From assembly GCA_965237955.1 (NCBI GenBank), contig OZ250169.1, positions 2,080,001-2,144,000 of the forward strand: 64,000 nt of DNA, in the 5' to 3' direction. Shown here one piece after another: positions 18,565-28,918 of this stretch. The notes beneath the pieces are model-generated. The model saw nothing but the letters and a program-made list of their open reading frames with translations, was not told the origin of the DNA and ran no database searches. The stretch's first letter is position 1. Each line of letters starts with the position of its first letter. This DNA comes from Candidatus Marinacidobacterales bacterium (lineage in GTDB: Bacteria > Acidobacteriota > Vicinamibacteria > Marinacidobacterales > SMYC01). Made by a program: the position numbers and the translations under genes.

Positions 18565-20148
18565 ATGAAGTTCGAAGACGAAGTGCAACGGCGGCGAACG
18601 TTCGCCATCATCTCGCACCCCGACGCCGGGAAAACGACGCTGACGGAGAAGCTCCTCCTCTACGCCAAAGCCATCCATCTCGCGGGCTCGGTCAAAGCCA
18701 AACGCGCGTCGCGGAACACGATTTCCGACTGGATGAAGATCGAGCAAGAGCGCGGCATCTCGGTGACCTCGTCGATCCTTCAGTTCGAATATGAGGGAAG
18801 CGCTTTGAACCTTCTCGACACGCCCGGTCACGCCGACTTCTCGGAAGACACGTTCCGAACGTTGGCGGCCGTCGATTCCGCGGTCATGCTCATGGATCAC
18901 GCCAAAGGCGTCGAGCCACGCACGTTGAAGCTCTTCGAAGTGTGCCGCATGCGCAAGCTCCCCGTGGTCACGTTCATGAACAAGCTCGACCGACACGGGC
19001 TCGGGCCACTCGAGCTCGTCGATCAAGTGCGCGACACCCTCGATCTGGAAGTCGCTCCCGTCAACTGGCCTCTCGGCATGGGCGAAGATTTCAAAGGCGT
19101 TGTGGATTTGGCCAGCCGCGACGTCATCGTCTACGAAGCGCACGGACGCCGCGGCGAAGGCATCGTCGGCTCCCGAAGAATCCCGTTCAACGAGGCCGAG
19201 GCGCTAATAGGCGCCGCAGATTTCGACCGGGTTTCCGAGGAGCTCGAGCTCATCGAGCACGCCGGCGACGATTACTCCCACGAACGTTTTCTCGCGGGCG
19301 AAGTCAGCCCGCTTTTCTGGGGCTCGGCGGTGAGTAACTTCGGCGTCGAAGAGCTCTTGAGCTTTCTCGCCATCAAAACGGCCTCGCCCGCTGCGCGCAC
19401 GACCGAGGACGACGAAGAGGTGCGGCCGGACGATGAGCGCTTCACCGGTTTCGTCTTCAAGATTCAAGCGAACATGAACCCGCGCCATCGCGACGGCATC
19501 GCGTTCATGCGGGTCGTGAGCGGCAAGTTCGAGCGCGGTATGGACGCCATCATCAGCCGCTCGGGCGAAGTCCTGCGGTTGTCGAAACCACACACGTTCA
19601 TGGCACAAGAGCGCTCCCTCGTCGAAGCAGCCTGGCCGGGCGATATCGTCGGCCTCTATAACACCGGCAAGCTCCGCGTCGGTGACACGCTGTCGGCCAA
19701 CGGGGGCATCAAGTTCGCCGGCATCCCCCGGTTCGCACCCGAGCACTTTGGGCAACTCCGGCTGGAAGACCCGATGAAAAGGAAAGCGCTCGACAACGGT
19801 CTCGAGCAACTCTCACAAGAGGGTGTCATCCAACTTTTCCTTACCCCCGGCCAGGGACGCCAAAACCCTTACCTCGGCGCGGTCGGTATCCTGCAGTTCG
19901 AAGTGCTCAAAGAACGGCTCAAAAACGAGTACAAAGTCTCGGTCCAGTTCGTGAAAGCGTCTTTCAGCCGCGCGCGCTGGGTGGGCGGAAAGCCCGAAGC
20001 CCTCGAATGGCTTCGCTCGACGCATGGCTATCTCCTCGTCGAGGATCGCACCGGCCAACCGGTCGTGCTCACGGATTCGAACTGGAACTTGAGCTACGCG
20101 CTCGAAAACGCTCCCGGGATCGAGCTCTACGACGTCGAGCCCATGTAA
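18565..20148 (+). CDS. prfC: Peptide chain release factor 3
   Basis: RRTFAIISHPDAGKTT, ERGISV, DTPGHADFSEDT, FKIQANMNPRHRD. Confidence 0.97.
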   Translation: MKFEDEVQRRRTFAIISHPDAGKTTLTEKLLLYAKAIHLAGSVKAKRASRNTISDWMKIEQERGISVTSSILQFEYEGSALNLLDTPGHADFSEDTFRTLAAVDSAVMLMDHAKGVEPRTLKLFEVCRMRKLPVVTFMNKLDRHGLGPLELVDQVRDTLDLEVAPVNWPLGMGEDFKGVVDLASRDVIVYEAHGRRGEGIVGSRRIPFNEAEALIGAADFDRVSEELELIEHAGDDYSHERFLAGEVSPLFWGSAVSNFGVEELLSFLAIKTASPAARTTEDDEEVRPDDERFTGFVFKIQANMNPRHRDGIAFMRVVSGKFERGMDAIISRSGEVLRLSKPHTFMAQERSLVEAAWPGDIVGLYNTGKLRVGDTLSANGGIKFAGIPRFAPEHFGQLRLEDPMKRKALDNGLEQLSQEGVIQLFLTPGQGRQNPYLGAVGILQFEVLKERLKNEYKVSVQFVKASFSRARWVGGKPEALEWLRSTHGYLLVEDRTGQPVVLTDSNWNLSYALENAPGIELYDVEPM

Positions 20149-20155
20149 CATCCAA

Positions 20156-21529
20156 GTGCTTATCGTCGGCGCTCTCGGACTCGCGATTTCCCTCTGGGGA
20201 CTCTTCCACGATATCGGATTCATCGCGCAGCCCTTTTACGCGTGGGCGTGGTGGAGCTACATCTTCCTTCTCGACGGCTTGGTAGCGCGACGCCGCGGAA
20301 GCTCGCTTCTCACGACGCGAAAAAAGTATCTCCCGAGCATCCTGCTGTGGTCGATCACGTTCTGGTACTTCTTCGAGCTTCTGAACCTACGCTATCAGAA
20401 CTGGTACTACGTCGGCGTTTTCGGAATCGGGTCGGTCGCCGACCTGCTCGGAGGCATGGTGTTCGGCACCGCCGCGTTCGCGACGGTGTTCATGGGATTG
20501 TTCGAGACCTATGAGGCGCTAGCGACCTACGGGCTATTCGGAAAAGTGAAGCTACGGCCACACACTTTTGCAACCTGGGTCACCTACGCGGTCCAAGCGG
20601 CGGGTGCCATTATGGTCACTCTCTCGCTCGCGTTCTCCTACTACCTCGCTCCCCTTGTGTGGGGAAGCTTGAGCTTTCTCGTCGACCCATGGAACTACCG
20701 GCGCGGGGCGCGCTCGATCCTCGCCGACGTGGAACGTGGAAACTTCGGCGTTTTGTTGCGCCTCCTCCTCTCCGGTCTCGCTTGCGGTCTGGTCTGGGAG
20801 AGCTTCAACTTCATGGCGCCGCAGAAGTGGATCTACACGGTGCGAGGCCTCGAAGAGCTCAAGCTCTTCGAGATGCCCGTTCTCGGCTTCGTGGGTTTTC
20901 CCGCGCTCGCACTCGATGCCTTCGCCGCGTACGCAGCGATTGCCTACTTGTTCCACGGTAACCAGACGTGGGAGAACCCGGACGACGTCACCCAACCACT
21001 CGAGCCGCGTCGAGGCCTTTCCATGAAGGCGTTCGTCGCGCTCGTGCCGCTCCACGTGGCGTTCTGGGGCTCTATCGGACTTTTGACCATGACGCGGAAC
21101 ATCGGCTCGATCGAGCTCCAGCTCCATCATCTCGAGAGCCTGCCGTTCGGAGCAGCGGCCGTTCTCGAGAAGGAGGACATCGACCGACCTCGACAGCTCG
21201 TTCGCGCGATCAAGAACCCCGAGCGCGCGCGTCGCGTGCAAACCGGATTGGGCCTGACCGACGCCGGCCTGGTCGAGCTCTACGACGAAGCACACCTCTT
21301 GACGCACAAAGGCATCGGCTACCATCACGCCCAGCTGCTACGCCGGCTCGGCTACCGCCGGGTCGAAGACCTCGCGGGTGCGGACCCTGATGTGTTGTAC
21401 GAGCAGCTCGAGGCTCGTCGCGAGACTCGGTTTCCCGGCCTGCGCCGGGGGATGGTCCGTGTGTGGGTGAACGCTGCGCGTGACGAATCGACCTCTTTCG
21501 GAGACAGCGACCGCCCGGTTAGTCAGTAG
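20156..21529 (+). CDS. Multi-TM membrane protein with C-terminal DUF4332-like HhH domain
   Basis: About 9 TM helices, WESFNF, LFEMPVLGFVGFP, KGIG...LLRRLGY. Confidence 0.7.
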   Translation: MLIVGALGLAISLWGLFHDIGFIAQPFYAWAWWSYIFLLDGLVARRRGSSLLTTRKKYLPSILLWSITFWYFFELLNLRYQNWYYVGVFGIGSVADLLGGMVFGTAAFATVFMGLFETYEALATYGLFGKVKLRPHTFATWVTYAVQAAGAIMVTLSLAFSYYLAPLVWGSLSFLVDPWNYRRGARSILADVERGNFGVLLRLLLSGLACGLVWESFNFMAPQKWIYTVRGLEELKLFEMPVLGFVGFPALALDAFAAYAAIAYLFHGNQTWENPDDVTQPLEPRRGLSMKAFVALVPLHVAFWGSIGLLTMTRNIGSIELQLHHLESLPFGAAAVLEKEDIDRPRQLVRAIKNPERARRVQTGLGLTDAGLVELYDEAHLLTHKGIGYHHAQLLRRLGYRRVEDLAGADPDVLYEQLEARRETRFPGLRRGMVRVWVNAARDESTSFGDSDRPVSQ

Positions 21530-21583
21530 GCTTTTCGATGCCAACATCTTCTATCACAAGCGCATAGAGATATTGCGTCGTGC

Positions 21584-21599
21584 TGGTACTCCCCTTGCA
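21584..21599 (+). promoter_or_regulatory. Sigma54 promoter upstream of the BON gene
   Basis: TGGTACTCCCCTTGCA (GG-N10-GC). Confidence 0.65.
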
Positions 21600-21635
21600 A
21601 TGGTGAGGGCGTAATCCACACTAGGGAGGAACCCG

Positions 21636-22373
21636 ATGAAGATCCAAAAGACAGTTTGTTTTCTCGGCATCCTCTGGCTGGGCATCGCAGGGCTAGCCGG
21701 AGCCGATGTTCTGACCGACGACGCCGCGCGTGTCGCGATCGAGACCAAGCTCGACAAAGCGAACATCATCAACGGTGGTGGACCGCAGGTCGACGTCAAC
21801 GAAGGCGTGGCGACGCTCACCGGAAGCGTCAAGAGCCTGTGGGCGAAGAACAAGGCCATCGAGCTCGCCATGGATGTCGAAGGCGTCGACGTCGTGGAGG
21901 ACGAGCTCGAGATCATGTTCGCGGAAAGCGACAAAGCCGTCGGCGAGGCCGTCGCGAAAATCGTGCTGCGCTACCCGTTTTTCACGATTTACGACGACGT
22001 GAATATCGGGGTCGACGGCGGCAACGTGTTCTTGACCGGCCGGATGACAATGGCGTTCAAGTCCGACGAAATCGAAAGTCGTGTCTCCAGGGTGACGGGC
22101 GTTCAGAGTCTGACGAACGAGATCGAAACGCTGCCGACGAATTTCGGCGACGATAGGATCCGCGCCAACTTGGCCTATCGCCTCTATACCAACACTCTGT
22201 TCCAGCACTACGCGTTTCGCTTCAACCCGCCGATTCACATCATCGTCGAGCGCGGCAACGTGGCGCTCACCGGAGCGGTGAACTCGGAACTCGAAAAGCG
22301 CAAAGCCGAGTCCATCGCACGGTCGACGTTCGGTGTGTTCAAAGTCGAAAACCGCCTGACCGTGGGCGACTAA
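21636..22373 (+). CDS. Triple BON-domain periplasmic protein (OsmY-like)
   Basis: Signal peptide; three GxVxLTG...GV..V.N.[LI] repeats; GGAGG RBS. Confidence 0.88.
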   Translation: MKIQKTVCFLGILWLGIAGLAGADVLTDDAARVAIETKLDKANIINGGGPQVDVNEGVATLTGSVKSLWAKNKAIELAMDVEGVDVVEDELEIMFAESDKAVGEAVAKIVLRYPFFTIYDDVNIGVDGGNVFLTGRMTMAFKSDEIESRVSRVTGVQSLTNEIETLPTNFGDDRIRANLAYRLYTNTLFQHYAFRFNPPIHIIVERGNVALTGAVNSELEKRKAESIARSTFGVFKVENRLTVGD

Positions 22374-22446
22374 GGACAGTGTACTTCTGGCGCGGGGACC
22401 CAACCCCGCGTCAGCCCTCCTCGCTCAAGCCCTCAAAAAAAATCTC

Positions 22447-22693
22447 ATCGCAAAGGCGCCAAGTCGCAAAGGCGCCAAGTCGAGCGCCTTCGGCGCTGTT
22501 TCTCTCTTTAATCTCGCGGCTGGCGTCTTTACGTCCGGCGTCATCTGTGGCGGGCCCTTTCCCGTCCTGATTTCCTAAGATTCCTGCTTTCTGCCGAAAT
22601 GGGATTGTCTAGGCCCAAACAAGCGTCGCAAGGCGCAATGATCTGCATTCGCCGTTCCTTTGCGTCTCCGCGTCTTGGCGTCTTTGCGTTGAG
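22447..22693. repeat. Octamer (CGCAAAGR) palindromic repeat elements, family A
   Basis: CGCAAAGGCGCCAAGTCGCAAAGGCGCCAAG and inverse CTTTGCGTCTCCGCGTCTTGGCGTCTTTGCGTT. Confidence 0.7.
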
Positions 22694-22752
22694 ATTTTGC
22701 TTCCGACTTCGCCACGCTGGGACTCGTTGCTGCAAAAAAGCTACAATCTCAC

Positions 22753-22780
22753 TCATCCGTTTCGCGGCTCCCGACGTACC
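22753..22780 (+). promoter_or_regulatory. Putative autoregulatory ECF promoter
   Basis: TCATCC-N16-CGTACC; same motif and spacing at 24186-24213. Confidence 0.7.
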
Positions 22781-22822
22781 ACCAGAAGGGACGCTTTCTT
22801 GAGCGAGCAGGCTACGCCGCTG

Positions 22823-23386
22823 ATGATGACGACGACGACAAGCTCCGACGGCGATCTGCTCGCCCGACTCGCAGCCGGTGACCCCGACTCGCTCGAAGCG
22901 TTGTACGACCGCTACTCTCCCTACGTGCACGGGCTGGCGCTGCGTATGTTGGGAGCGCGGGAGGAGGCAGACGAGGTCACTCAGGATGTGTTCTGGCTCC
23001 TGTGGAAGCACAAGATGCAATACGACCCCGAGCGGGGCCGATTCAGCACATGGCTGTTCGCGGTAACTCGCAACCGGTGTGTCGACCGCTTGCGCTCGGA
23101 GCGGCGGCGTCCTTTGACGCGCCCGCTCGAGATCGATTCGGATTCGGCTCTCGAGAAAAGTCCCGAAGAGGACGCCTTTCTCGGCGAACGTCGTCGCATC
23201 GTTCTCGAGGCGTTGGCCGGGCTACCGATGGAACAACAGCGAGCCGTCGAGCTCTGTTTCTTCCAAGGAATGACGCATCGAGAAGTCGCATCGCACCTGG
23301 GCGAGCCGCTCGGCACGATCAAGAGCCGCATTCGCATGGGGATGGCCAAGCTGAAGCAAAGCCTATTGGCCCCGGAGAACATTTGA
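22823..23386 (+). CDS. ECF sigma factor (SigK-like)
   Basis: ALYDRY, ADEVTQDVF, FSTWL, THREVA...PLGTIKSRIR. Confidence 0.93.
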   Translation: MMTTTTSSDGDLLARLAAGDPDSLEALYDRYSPYVHGLALRMLGAREEADEVTQDVFWLLWKHKMQYDPERGRFSTWLFAVTRNRCVDRLRSERRRPLTRPLEIDSDSALEKSPEEDAFLGERRRIVLEALAGLPMEQQRAVELCFFQGMTHREVASHLGEPLGTIKSRIRMGMAKLKQSLLAPENI

Positions 23387-23387
23387 G

Positions 23388-24167
23388 ATGAGCGAGCACC
23401 GCGAATTCGAAGAGCTCGTCGCGCTCGACGTCTTCGATGCGCTCGACGCAGCGGACCGGGCTCGTCTCGAAGCGCATCTGGCGTCCGGGTGTGACCGGTG
23501 TCAGGCCGAAAGGCATGGCGCCAGGCGTGTCGCCGACCAGCTTCTGGCTGCCGCCAAGCCGTCGACGCCGAACGAAAGCATCCGTGAAAAGCTGATGGCG
23601 CGCGTCCGTGACGACGCCGCGGGGCAAAAAGGAAGTTCGGTCGGAAATTCGGCTGGAAATTCCACGGGACGCGCTTCCCGCTGGCCGGTGCTCGCCGCGG
23701 CTGCCGGTCTCGTTGTCGCGCTCGCAGCGGGATTCTACGCTCGCTCATTACAAAATTCGCTGGCAGAGGAAACGGCTCGCCGTCAAACCGCGGAAGTGGA
23801 AGCCGAGCGACTCCGGAGCTCCTTGGCTTCGGTAACGTCCCCTCAAAATCGCGCCGTGTCTCTCGATGGACTCGAGGCCGCAGCCTCCGCTCGCGCGACC
23901 GCGTTTCTCGACCGAGAGAACCGGCGCTTGTTCCTGTACGTCGAAAACTTGCCGGCGCTTCCTCCCGATCGGACGTACCAGGTCTGGCTTCTCGTTGACG
24001 GCACTCCGGTCAGCGTCGGCACCTTCGATGTCGACTCCGATGGAGGCGCGCGTCTCGACGGAGAACCGCTCCCCGCTTTCGAAGGCAGGGTGAGCGTTGC
24101 CGTGACGGTCGAGCCGGCGGGAGGCGTTCCCCAACCGACCGGACCGATGGTTCTCCTCGGCTCCTGA
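23388..24167 (+). CDS. Anti-sigma factor (ZAS + TM + RskA domain)
   Basis: HLASGCDRC, TM helix, YQVWL, AVTVEPAGGVPQPTG. Confidence 0.9.
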   Translation: MSEHREFEELVALDVFDALDAADRARLEAHLASGCDRCQAERHGARRVADQLLAAAKPSTPNESIREKLMARVRDDAAGQKGSSVGNSAGNSTGRASRWPVLAAAAGLVVALAAGFYARSLQNSLAEETARRQTAEVEAERLRSSLASVTSPQNRAVSLDGLEAAASARATAFLDRENRRLFLYVENLPALPPDRTYQVWLLVDGTPVSVGTFDVDSDGGARLDGEPLPAFEGRVSVAVTVEPAGGVPQPTGPMVLLGS

Positions 24168-24185
24168 AAAAAGTTCCCACGCGAG

Positions 24186-24213
24186 TCATCCAACGACGCG
24201 ACGCGCGCGTACC
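24186..24213 (+). promoter_or_regulatory. Putative ECF-dependent promoter of the DUF4331-TPR genes
   Basis: TCATCC-N16-CGTACC, matching 22753-22780. Confidence 0.7.
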
Positions 24214-24265
24214 AAGAGCGAACAAACAATCTAACGTCGCTCTTCGGAGCATTCAGGAGATATCG

Positions 24266-25810
24266 ATGAGATTCCCCACTACCCTTGTCGTTTGCGTCGT
24301 CCTCGTTAACCTAGGTTTCGGCGTCGCGGTGGCGTCGAACCATCGCGAGGCACCCATCACCGCCCTCGATCACAAAGCCGACATCACCGACATCTACGCG
24401 TTCGTCAGCTACGGGCCGGATCAGACCGCGGGCGAAACGCCGACTCACGTCACGTTGATCCTGTCGGTCGACCCGCTGCTCAAGCCGGCGAACGGGCCGA
24501 CTTTGTTTCCGTTCGACCCCAACATCCGCTACGAGATCCATATCGACAACGATCAAGATGCTCGCGCCAACGTCAGCTTCCGTTTCCAGTTCGAAACAGA
24601 GTTTCGACTCCCAGGCGTCTACACCGCTCTCGCCGGTATCGGTGACGCGGGCGCTTTCGCCCCCGGAACCGGCGAGCTCGTCGTCCCACCTCAGATACGC
24701 GATTTTGCCAATCCGGGCCTCAACCTTCGACAGACCTATACCGTGACGCTGGTCCGGGGCAGACGAAAGATGCGGTTGAAGGACCCGGATGGCTCGCCGT
24801 TTTTTGCCGTGCCTGGTAACGCGGGTCCACGCACCATGGACTATGAAGCTCTTTTCGACGCGGCGACCTACGAGCTCGCGAGCGGAGCTTCGGTCTTCGC
24901 GGGGACGACGGACGACGCCTTCTGGATCGACTTGGGTGCGACGTTCGACACCGCGAACTTTCGAACCCTCGGAAGCGGTGTCCCCGGTGTGCTCACCGCC
25001 GAGGAGGACACCGCCATGATGAACTTCGCGAGCGACACCGTCTCCGGCTTCGCGGTGAACTCGATCGCCGTGGAAGTTCCCATCGGATGGCTGACACGAA
25101 CCGGCGAGATCGAGCCGGCATCCTCGCCCGACGCCACCATCGGGGTCTGGGCCACGACGTCCCGCCGGCGAGTGACGATCCGTCGTGCAACCCGGCCGGC
25201 CAAGAACATCGGATCCTGGCGTCAAGTGCAGCGTATGGGAAACCCGCTCATCAATGAGCTTTTGATTGGTATCGGATCGAAAGATCGCTTCAGCATGGAG
25301 CACCCGCGGCGTGACAGCCAGTTTGCAGATTTTTTTCTCGACCCACCGATCGTGCGCATCGTCGAAGCGCTCTATGGCGGAGCTCTCGCCGTCCCCGATG
25401 CGCCGCGCACGGATCTGTTGCCCCTCGTCACCTACGCCGCTCCGATTGCAGCACCGGGGACACCTACAGGCCCGATCGCCGATTTGCTTCGGCTGAACAC
25501 CGGTGTGTCGGCAACGCCCCTCGCCGACACGAGTCGGCTCGGTCTTCTCGCTGGAGACGCTGCCGGCTTTCCGAACGGACGCCGGGTGTTCGACGACGTC
25601 GTGGACATCACGCTGCGCATCGCCGTGGGTGGCGTCCTCGATCCGACGTTTCCCGGTTTCGACCTGGACGTGAATGCGCGCTTGGGTGATGGCGTCAATG
25701 TCAACGATGCTGCTTACCGACAAGCGTTCCCGTATCTCGCTTCGTCGCCCGACGGAAGAAACCATCGGCACGTCGATCCGGGTGAGATGGGTGGAGGGCC
25801 GATCGAATGA
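24266..25810 (+). CDS. DUF4331 domain secreted protein
   Basis: ASNHREAP, ADITDIYAF, QVQRMGNPLINE, GFPNGRR..DDVVD, FPYLA. Confidence 0.88.
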   Translation: MRFPTTLVVCVVLVNLGFGVAVASNHREAPITALDHKADITDIYAFVSYGPDQTAGETPTHVTLILSVDPLLKPANGPTLFPFDPNIRYEIHIDNDQDARANVSFRFQFETEFRLPGVYTALAGIGDAGAFAPGTGELVVPPQIRDFANPGLNLRQTYTVTLVRGRRKMRLKDPDGSPFFAVPGNAGPRTMDYEALFDAATYELASGASVFAGTTDDAFWIDLGATFDTANFRTLGSGVPGVLTAEEDTAMMNFASDTVSGFAVNSIAVEVPIGWLTRTGEIEPASSPDATIGVWATTSRRRVTIRRATRPAKNIGSWRQVQRMGNPLINELLIGIGSKDRFSMEHPRRDSQFADFFLDPPIVRIVEALYGGALAVPDAPRTDLLPLVTYAAPIAAPGTPTGPIADLLRLNTGVSATPLADTSRLGLLAGDAAGFPNGRRVFDDVVDITLRIAVGGVLDPTFPGFDLDVNARLGDGVNVNDAAYRQAFPYLASSPDGRNHRHVDPGEMGGGPIE

Positions 25811-27090
25811 TGGCAGTCGGCAGCCTCTTTCTCGCGGCTTTCACGATGGCCGGCACGATGGCCGGGCCCACCCCCGCGGAAGAGAAAATCATCGCGGCCA
25901 AACACGCCATCGACAAGACTCCGGAGCACTACCAAGCCTACAACCAGCTCGCATTGGCCCTGACGCGGCGTGCCCGCGAAACCGGGGATCCCACACACTA
26001 CGTCCGCGCGCTCGAGGCGCTCGAAACTTCGTTCCAACTCGCACCCGACAACTACGGCGGACTTCGTATCCGTACCTGGGTGCTTCTGGGACGACACGAG
26101 TTCTCGGAGGCGCTGCAGTTAGCCGAAGATCTCAACCGACAGGCGCCGGACGATATCTTGATCTATGCGTTTCTGACCGACGCGCATGTCGAGCTCGGCA
26201 ACTATGAAAAGGCTGAGCAAGCCGCCCAGTGGATGCTGGACCTCAGGCCAGGCAACGTCGCCGGGATGACCCGAGGGGCCTACCTTCGTGAGATCTTCGG
26301 CGACGTCGTAGGCGCAATCGAATGGATGTGGGCGGCCTATGAGCAAACGCCGTTCCACGAAGTCGAAGACCGCGCGTGGGTGCTGACCGAGCTCGCCCAC
26401 CTCGAGCTGTCCCGCGGCGAGCTCGAGGGAGCCGAGGCGGCGGCGAGCGAAGCACTCGCCCTCTTCCCCGACTACCACTACGCACTCGCGGAGCTCGCGA
26501 AAGTGAGGCTCGCCCAGAATCGAGCCGAGGACGCAGCCACCCTTCTTCGGAAACGATACGATGTCGCGCCCCATCCCGAGAATCTGTTCGAGCTCGCGGT
26601 GGCGCTTTCCCGAGCGGGCCGAGAGGACGAGGCGCGCGAGCTCTTCGCATCGTTCGAAGAACAGGCGCGCGTCGAGATCGCCTCGTGGGACAATGCGAAC
26701 CGCGAGCTCGTCTTCTACTACACCGACGTTTCGGGAGAGCCCGAAAAGGCACTCGCAGTCGCGCGACGAGACATAGAGCGGCGCCGCGACGTGTTCACCC
26801 TCGATGCCTATGCCTGGGCACTCTACGCGAGCGGATGCCACGATGCGGCGTGGGAGCAGATCCAATGGGCGCTCGAGCCGGGAATCCGCGATGCTCGCTT
26901 GCTCTACCACGCTGGACGGATCGCAACTGCTCGCGGCGATGAGACCGAAGCGGAGCGATTGCTCCGCCTCTCGCTGGCGTCGAACCCGCACGCGGACGTC
27001 GCCAACGACGCGCGCAAGGCGTTGAACGGACTAGCCGAGCGCTATTCGTATCTCAGCGCGGTGACGGGCTCCACCCGCGTCAGACGGTAG
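25807..27090 (+). CDS. Tetratricopeptide repeat protein
   Basis: Signal peptide, ARETGD, many TPR helices; 4-nt overlap with the DUF4331 gene. Confidence 0.85.
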   Translation: MMAVGSLFLAAFTMAGTMAGPTPAEEKIIAAKHAIDKTPEHYQAYNQLALALTRRARETGDPTHYVRALEALETSFQLAPDNYGGLRIRTWVLLGRHEFSEALQLAEDLNRQAPDDILIYAFLTDAHVELGNYEKAEQAAQWMLDLRPGNVAGMTRGAYLREIFGDVVGAIEWMWAAYEQTPFHEVEDRAWVLTELAHLELSRGELEGAEAAASEALALFPDYHYALAELAKVRLAQNRAEDAATLLRKRYDVAPHPENLFELAVALSRAGREDEARELFASFEEQARVEIASWDNANRELVFYYTDVSGEPEKALAVARRDIERRRDVFTLDAYAWALYASGCHDAAWEQIQWALEPGIRDARLLYHAGRIATARGDETEAERLLRLSLASNPHADVANDARKALNGLAERYSYLSAVTGSTRVRR

Positions 27091-27451
27091 GCGGGCCCGG
27101 CAGGCGGGAACGACACAGGCGAAGAGCGCCACGGTGAGCAACTCGACGGGTACGGTCACGAACGTTGCGAGATCCGTGGCGCTTACGCCTTCCGGTGGCG
27201 AGCTCGAACGCAACACGAGGTTCATGCTCCGGGGCGCGAATCCCGTTGCTGCGAGAACCGGATAGTAGAAGTAGCATTCGGTTCCGGTCTCCTCTTCGAG
27301 TCCTGCCTGTTTCACGTCCTTCGCGATACCTGAAGATCGCACGGTTTGGCGCCGATCGCGAGGCCGAGCGTCACGATCGCAACGAAGGCGTCGCCGGGGC
27401 TCTTCGCAAGACTCCGCAACGCGTAACGAAAATCCGAAATCAGCTACCCAT
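27042..27451 (-). pseudogene. Collapsed ADOP/MacB-type ABC permease relic
   Basis: N-term LISDFRYALRSLAKSPG..VTLGLAIGA, middle GIAKDVKQAGL..MNLVLRS and C-term GVSATD..ACVVPA..RVEPVTALRYE, all within 410 bp with frameshifts. Confidence 0.75.
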
Positions 27452-27592
27452 GGACACACCTCGCCATTCTCTGTGGCGGACTGATTCCCGTCAGACGACA
27501 ACGCCATGCCAAAAGTAGCACCCGAGGAGCATGCCCTAAGCCCGGCTAGAAGCTGTGCTAACCTCGATGGAATCCATGAGCTTTTCAAATAC

Positions 27593-28918
27593 ATGACGGC
27601 AACGTCACCGCGTATCCGTTATCGTTTCGCCGAGTTCACGGTGTCGCCATCCACGCGGTTGCTCTTGAAAGGCGACGTCGAGATTCCGCTCATCCCACGC
27701 TATTTCGACTTGCTCGTTCTTCTCATCGAACGAAGGTACGAAGCCGTCACCCGCGACGAGATCTTCGACAAAGTCTGGCACGACGTGATCGTCTCGGACG
27801 GCGCGTTGACGCAGGCGATCCGCATCCTTCGAAGAAGTCTCCGAGATCGCGCCAAAGAGCCGCAATTCATCCGCACGGTTTCGCGTCATGGTTACCGCTT
27901 CGTCTACGAAGATGTCGTAGAGGAGGTGATACCCGACAACGGGGACACGCTGCAGGCAGCCCTCGCGCTTCTCGTGGACGCCGAACCCCCGTCGAACGAG
28001 GACGAGGAGATGCGACTGCGGGAGGCCGCGGAAACGGTTCTGCGCTCGAGTCCAGGCGAAGACCTGTCTCAGTTCAACGACGTCGCGCGCGCGCTTCTGC
28101 GAGATGCTCGTTGGGATCTTCCCGACGTTGACCGCGCACCGCTCGTCGGTTTTCCCGGCCCCTTTGCCGCCATCCGCATTCTTCTCGGCCTTCGGATGTG
28201 CCGCGCGTGGAGGCTTGTTCGAAAGCGATGGTTGGGTGCGACCATGGGAGGCGTGGTTGCGGGCATCGTGGGCGGCCTCCTGGGCGCGCTGGTGCTGCTG
28301 TACGGTCCGGGCTCCCGAGCCACGGGAAGCGTGCTCGTAGCACTTCCGATCGTGGGCGCCGCCGTTGGTGGTTTGGGTGCGCTCGGCGTCGGCGGGGGAC
28401 TCGCGTGGGCGGAAGCGCTCGTGCGCTCGTATCGGCGTGCGGCCTTGATCGTGCTCGGCAGCGCCGGGGGTGGACTCGTAGGAGGCCTCACCCACTTCGT
28501 CGGTCGCTACACCTTCGAAGGACTCTTCGGGCGCGATTTGTCGCCCGTGGGCGGCGGCTTCGAAGGCCTCATCCTAGGTGCAGCCGTGGGGGCGGGCTAC
28601 GCCCTCGCGACGCCGATCGAATCCGGAGGGATGGCCACTCCCCGGGGCGCCGCGCGATGGCGAGTAGCGCTCATCGCTGGGCTCGTCGGCGCCGGCGCCA
28701 GCATCGTGTTGGGGTGGAGCGGTCATCACCTCGGAGCGATGAGCCTCGATTTCATGGCTCAGAGCTTTCCCGGCTCGCAGGTGAGTTTGGACCCGCTCGC
28801 GCGTCTCCTCGGTGAAAACTCGCCGGGTTTGGCGACGAAGTGCGGCATCAGTGGTTTCGAGGGTCTTCTGTTCGGCTTCGGACTCGTCGCGGGGCTCACG
28901 AGGCGCCCACGCCGCTAA
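27593..28918 (+). CDS. Membrane-anchored winged-helix (CadC/ToxR-like) transcriptional regulator
   Basis: YRFAEF...LTQAIRILRRSL...FIRTVSRHGYRF followed by Gly-rich TM helices. Confidence 0.85.
   Translation: MTATSPRIRYRFAEFTVSPSTRLLLKGDVEIPLIPRYFDLLVLLIERRYEAVTRDEIFDKVWHDVIVSDGALTQAIRILRRSLRDRAKEPQFIRTVSRHGYRFVYEDVVEEVIPDNGDTLQAALALLVDAEPPSNEDEEMRLREAAETVLRSSPGEDLSQFNDVARALLRDARWDLPDVDRAPLVGFPGPFAAIRILLGLRMCRAWRLVRKRWLGATMGGVVAGIVGGLLGALVLLYGPGSRATGSVLVALPIVGAAVGGLGALGVGGGLAWAEALVRSYRRAALIVLGSAGGGLVGGLTHFVGRYTFEGLFGRDLSPVGGGFEGLILGAAVGAGYALATPIESGGMATPRGAARWRVALIAGLVGAGASIVLGWSGHHLGAMSLDFMAQSFPGSQVSLDPLARLLGENSPGLATKCGISGFEGLLFGFGLVAGLTRRPRR

Noticed and set aside
27495-27510. Possible sigma54 site before the ADOP relic (TGGCATGGCGTTGTC, minus strand)
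   Set aside because: Lacks the GC at -12 with correct spacing
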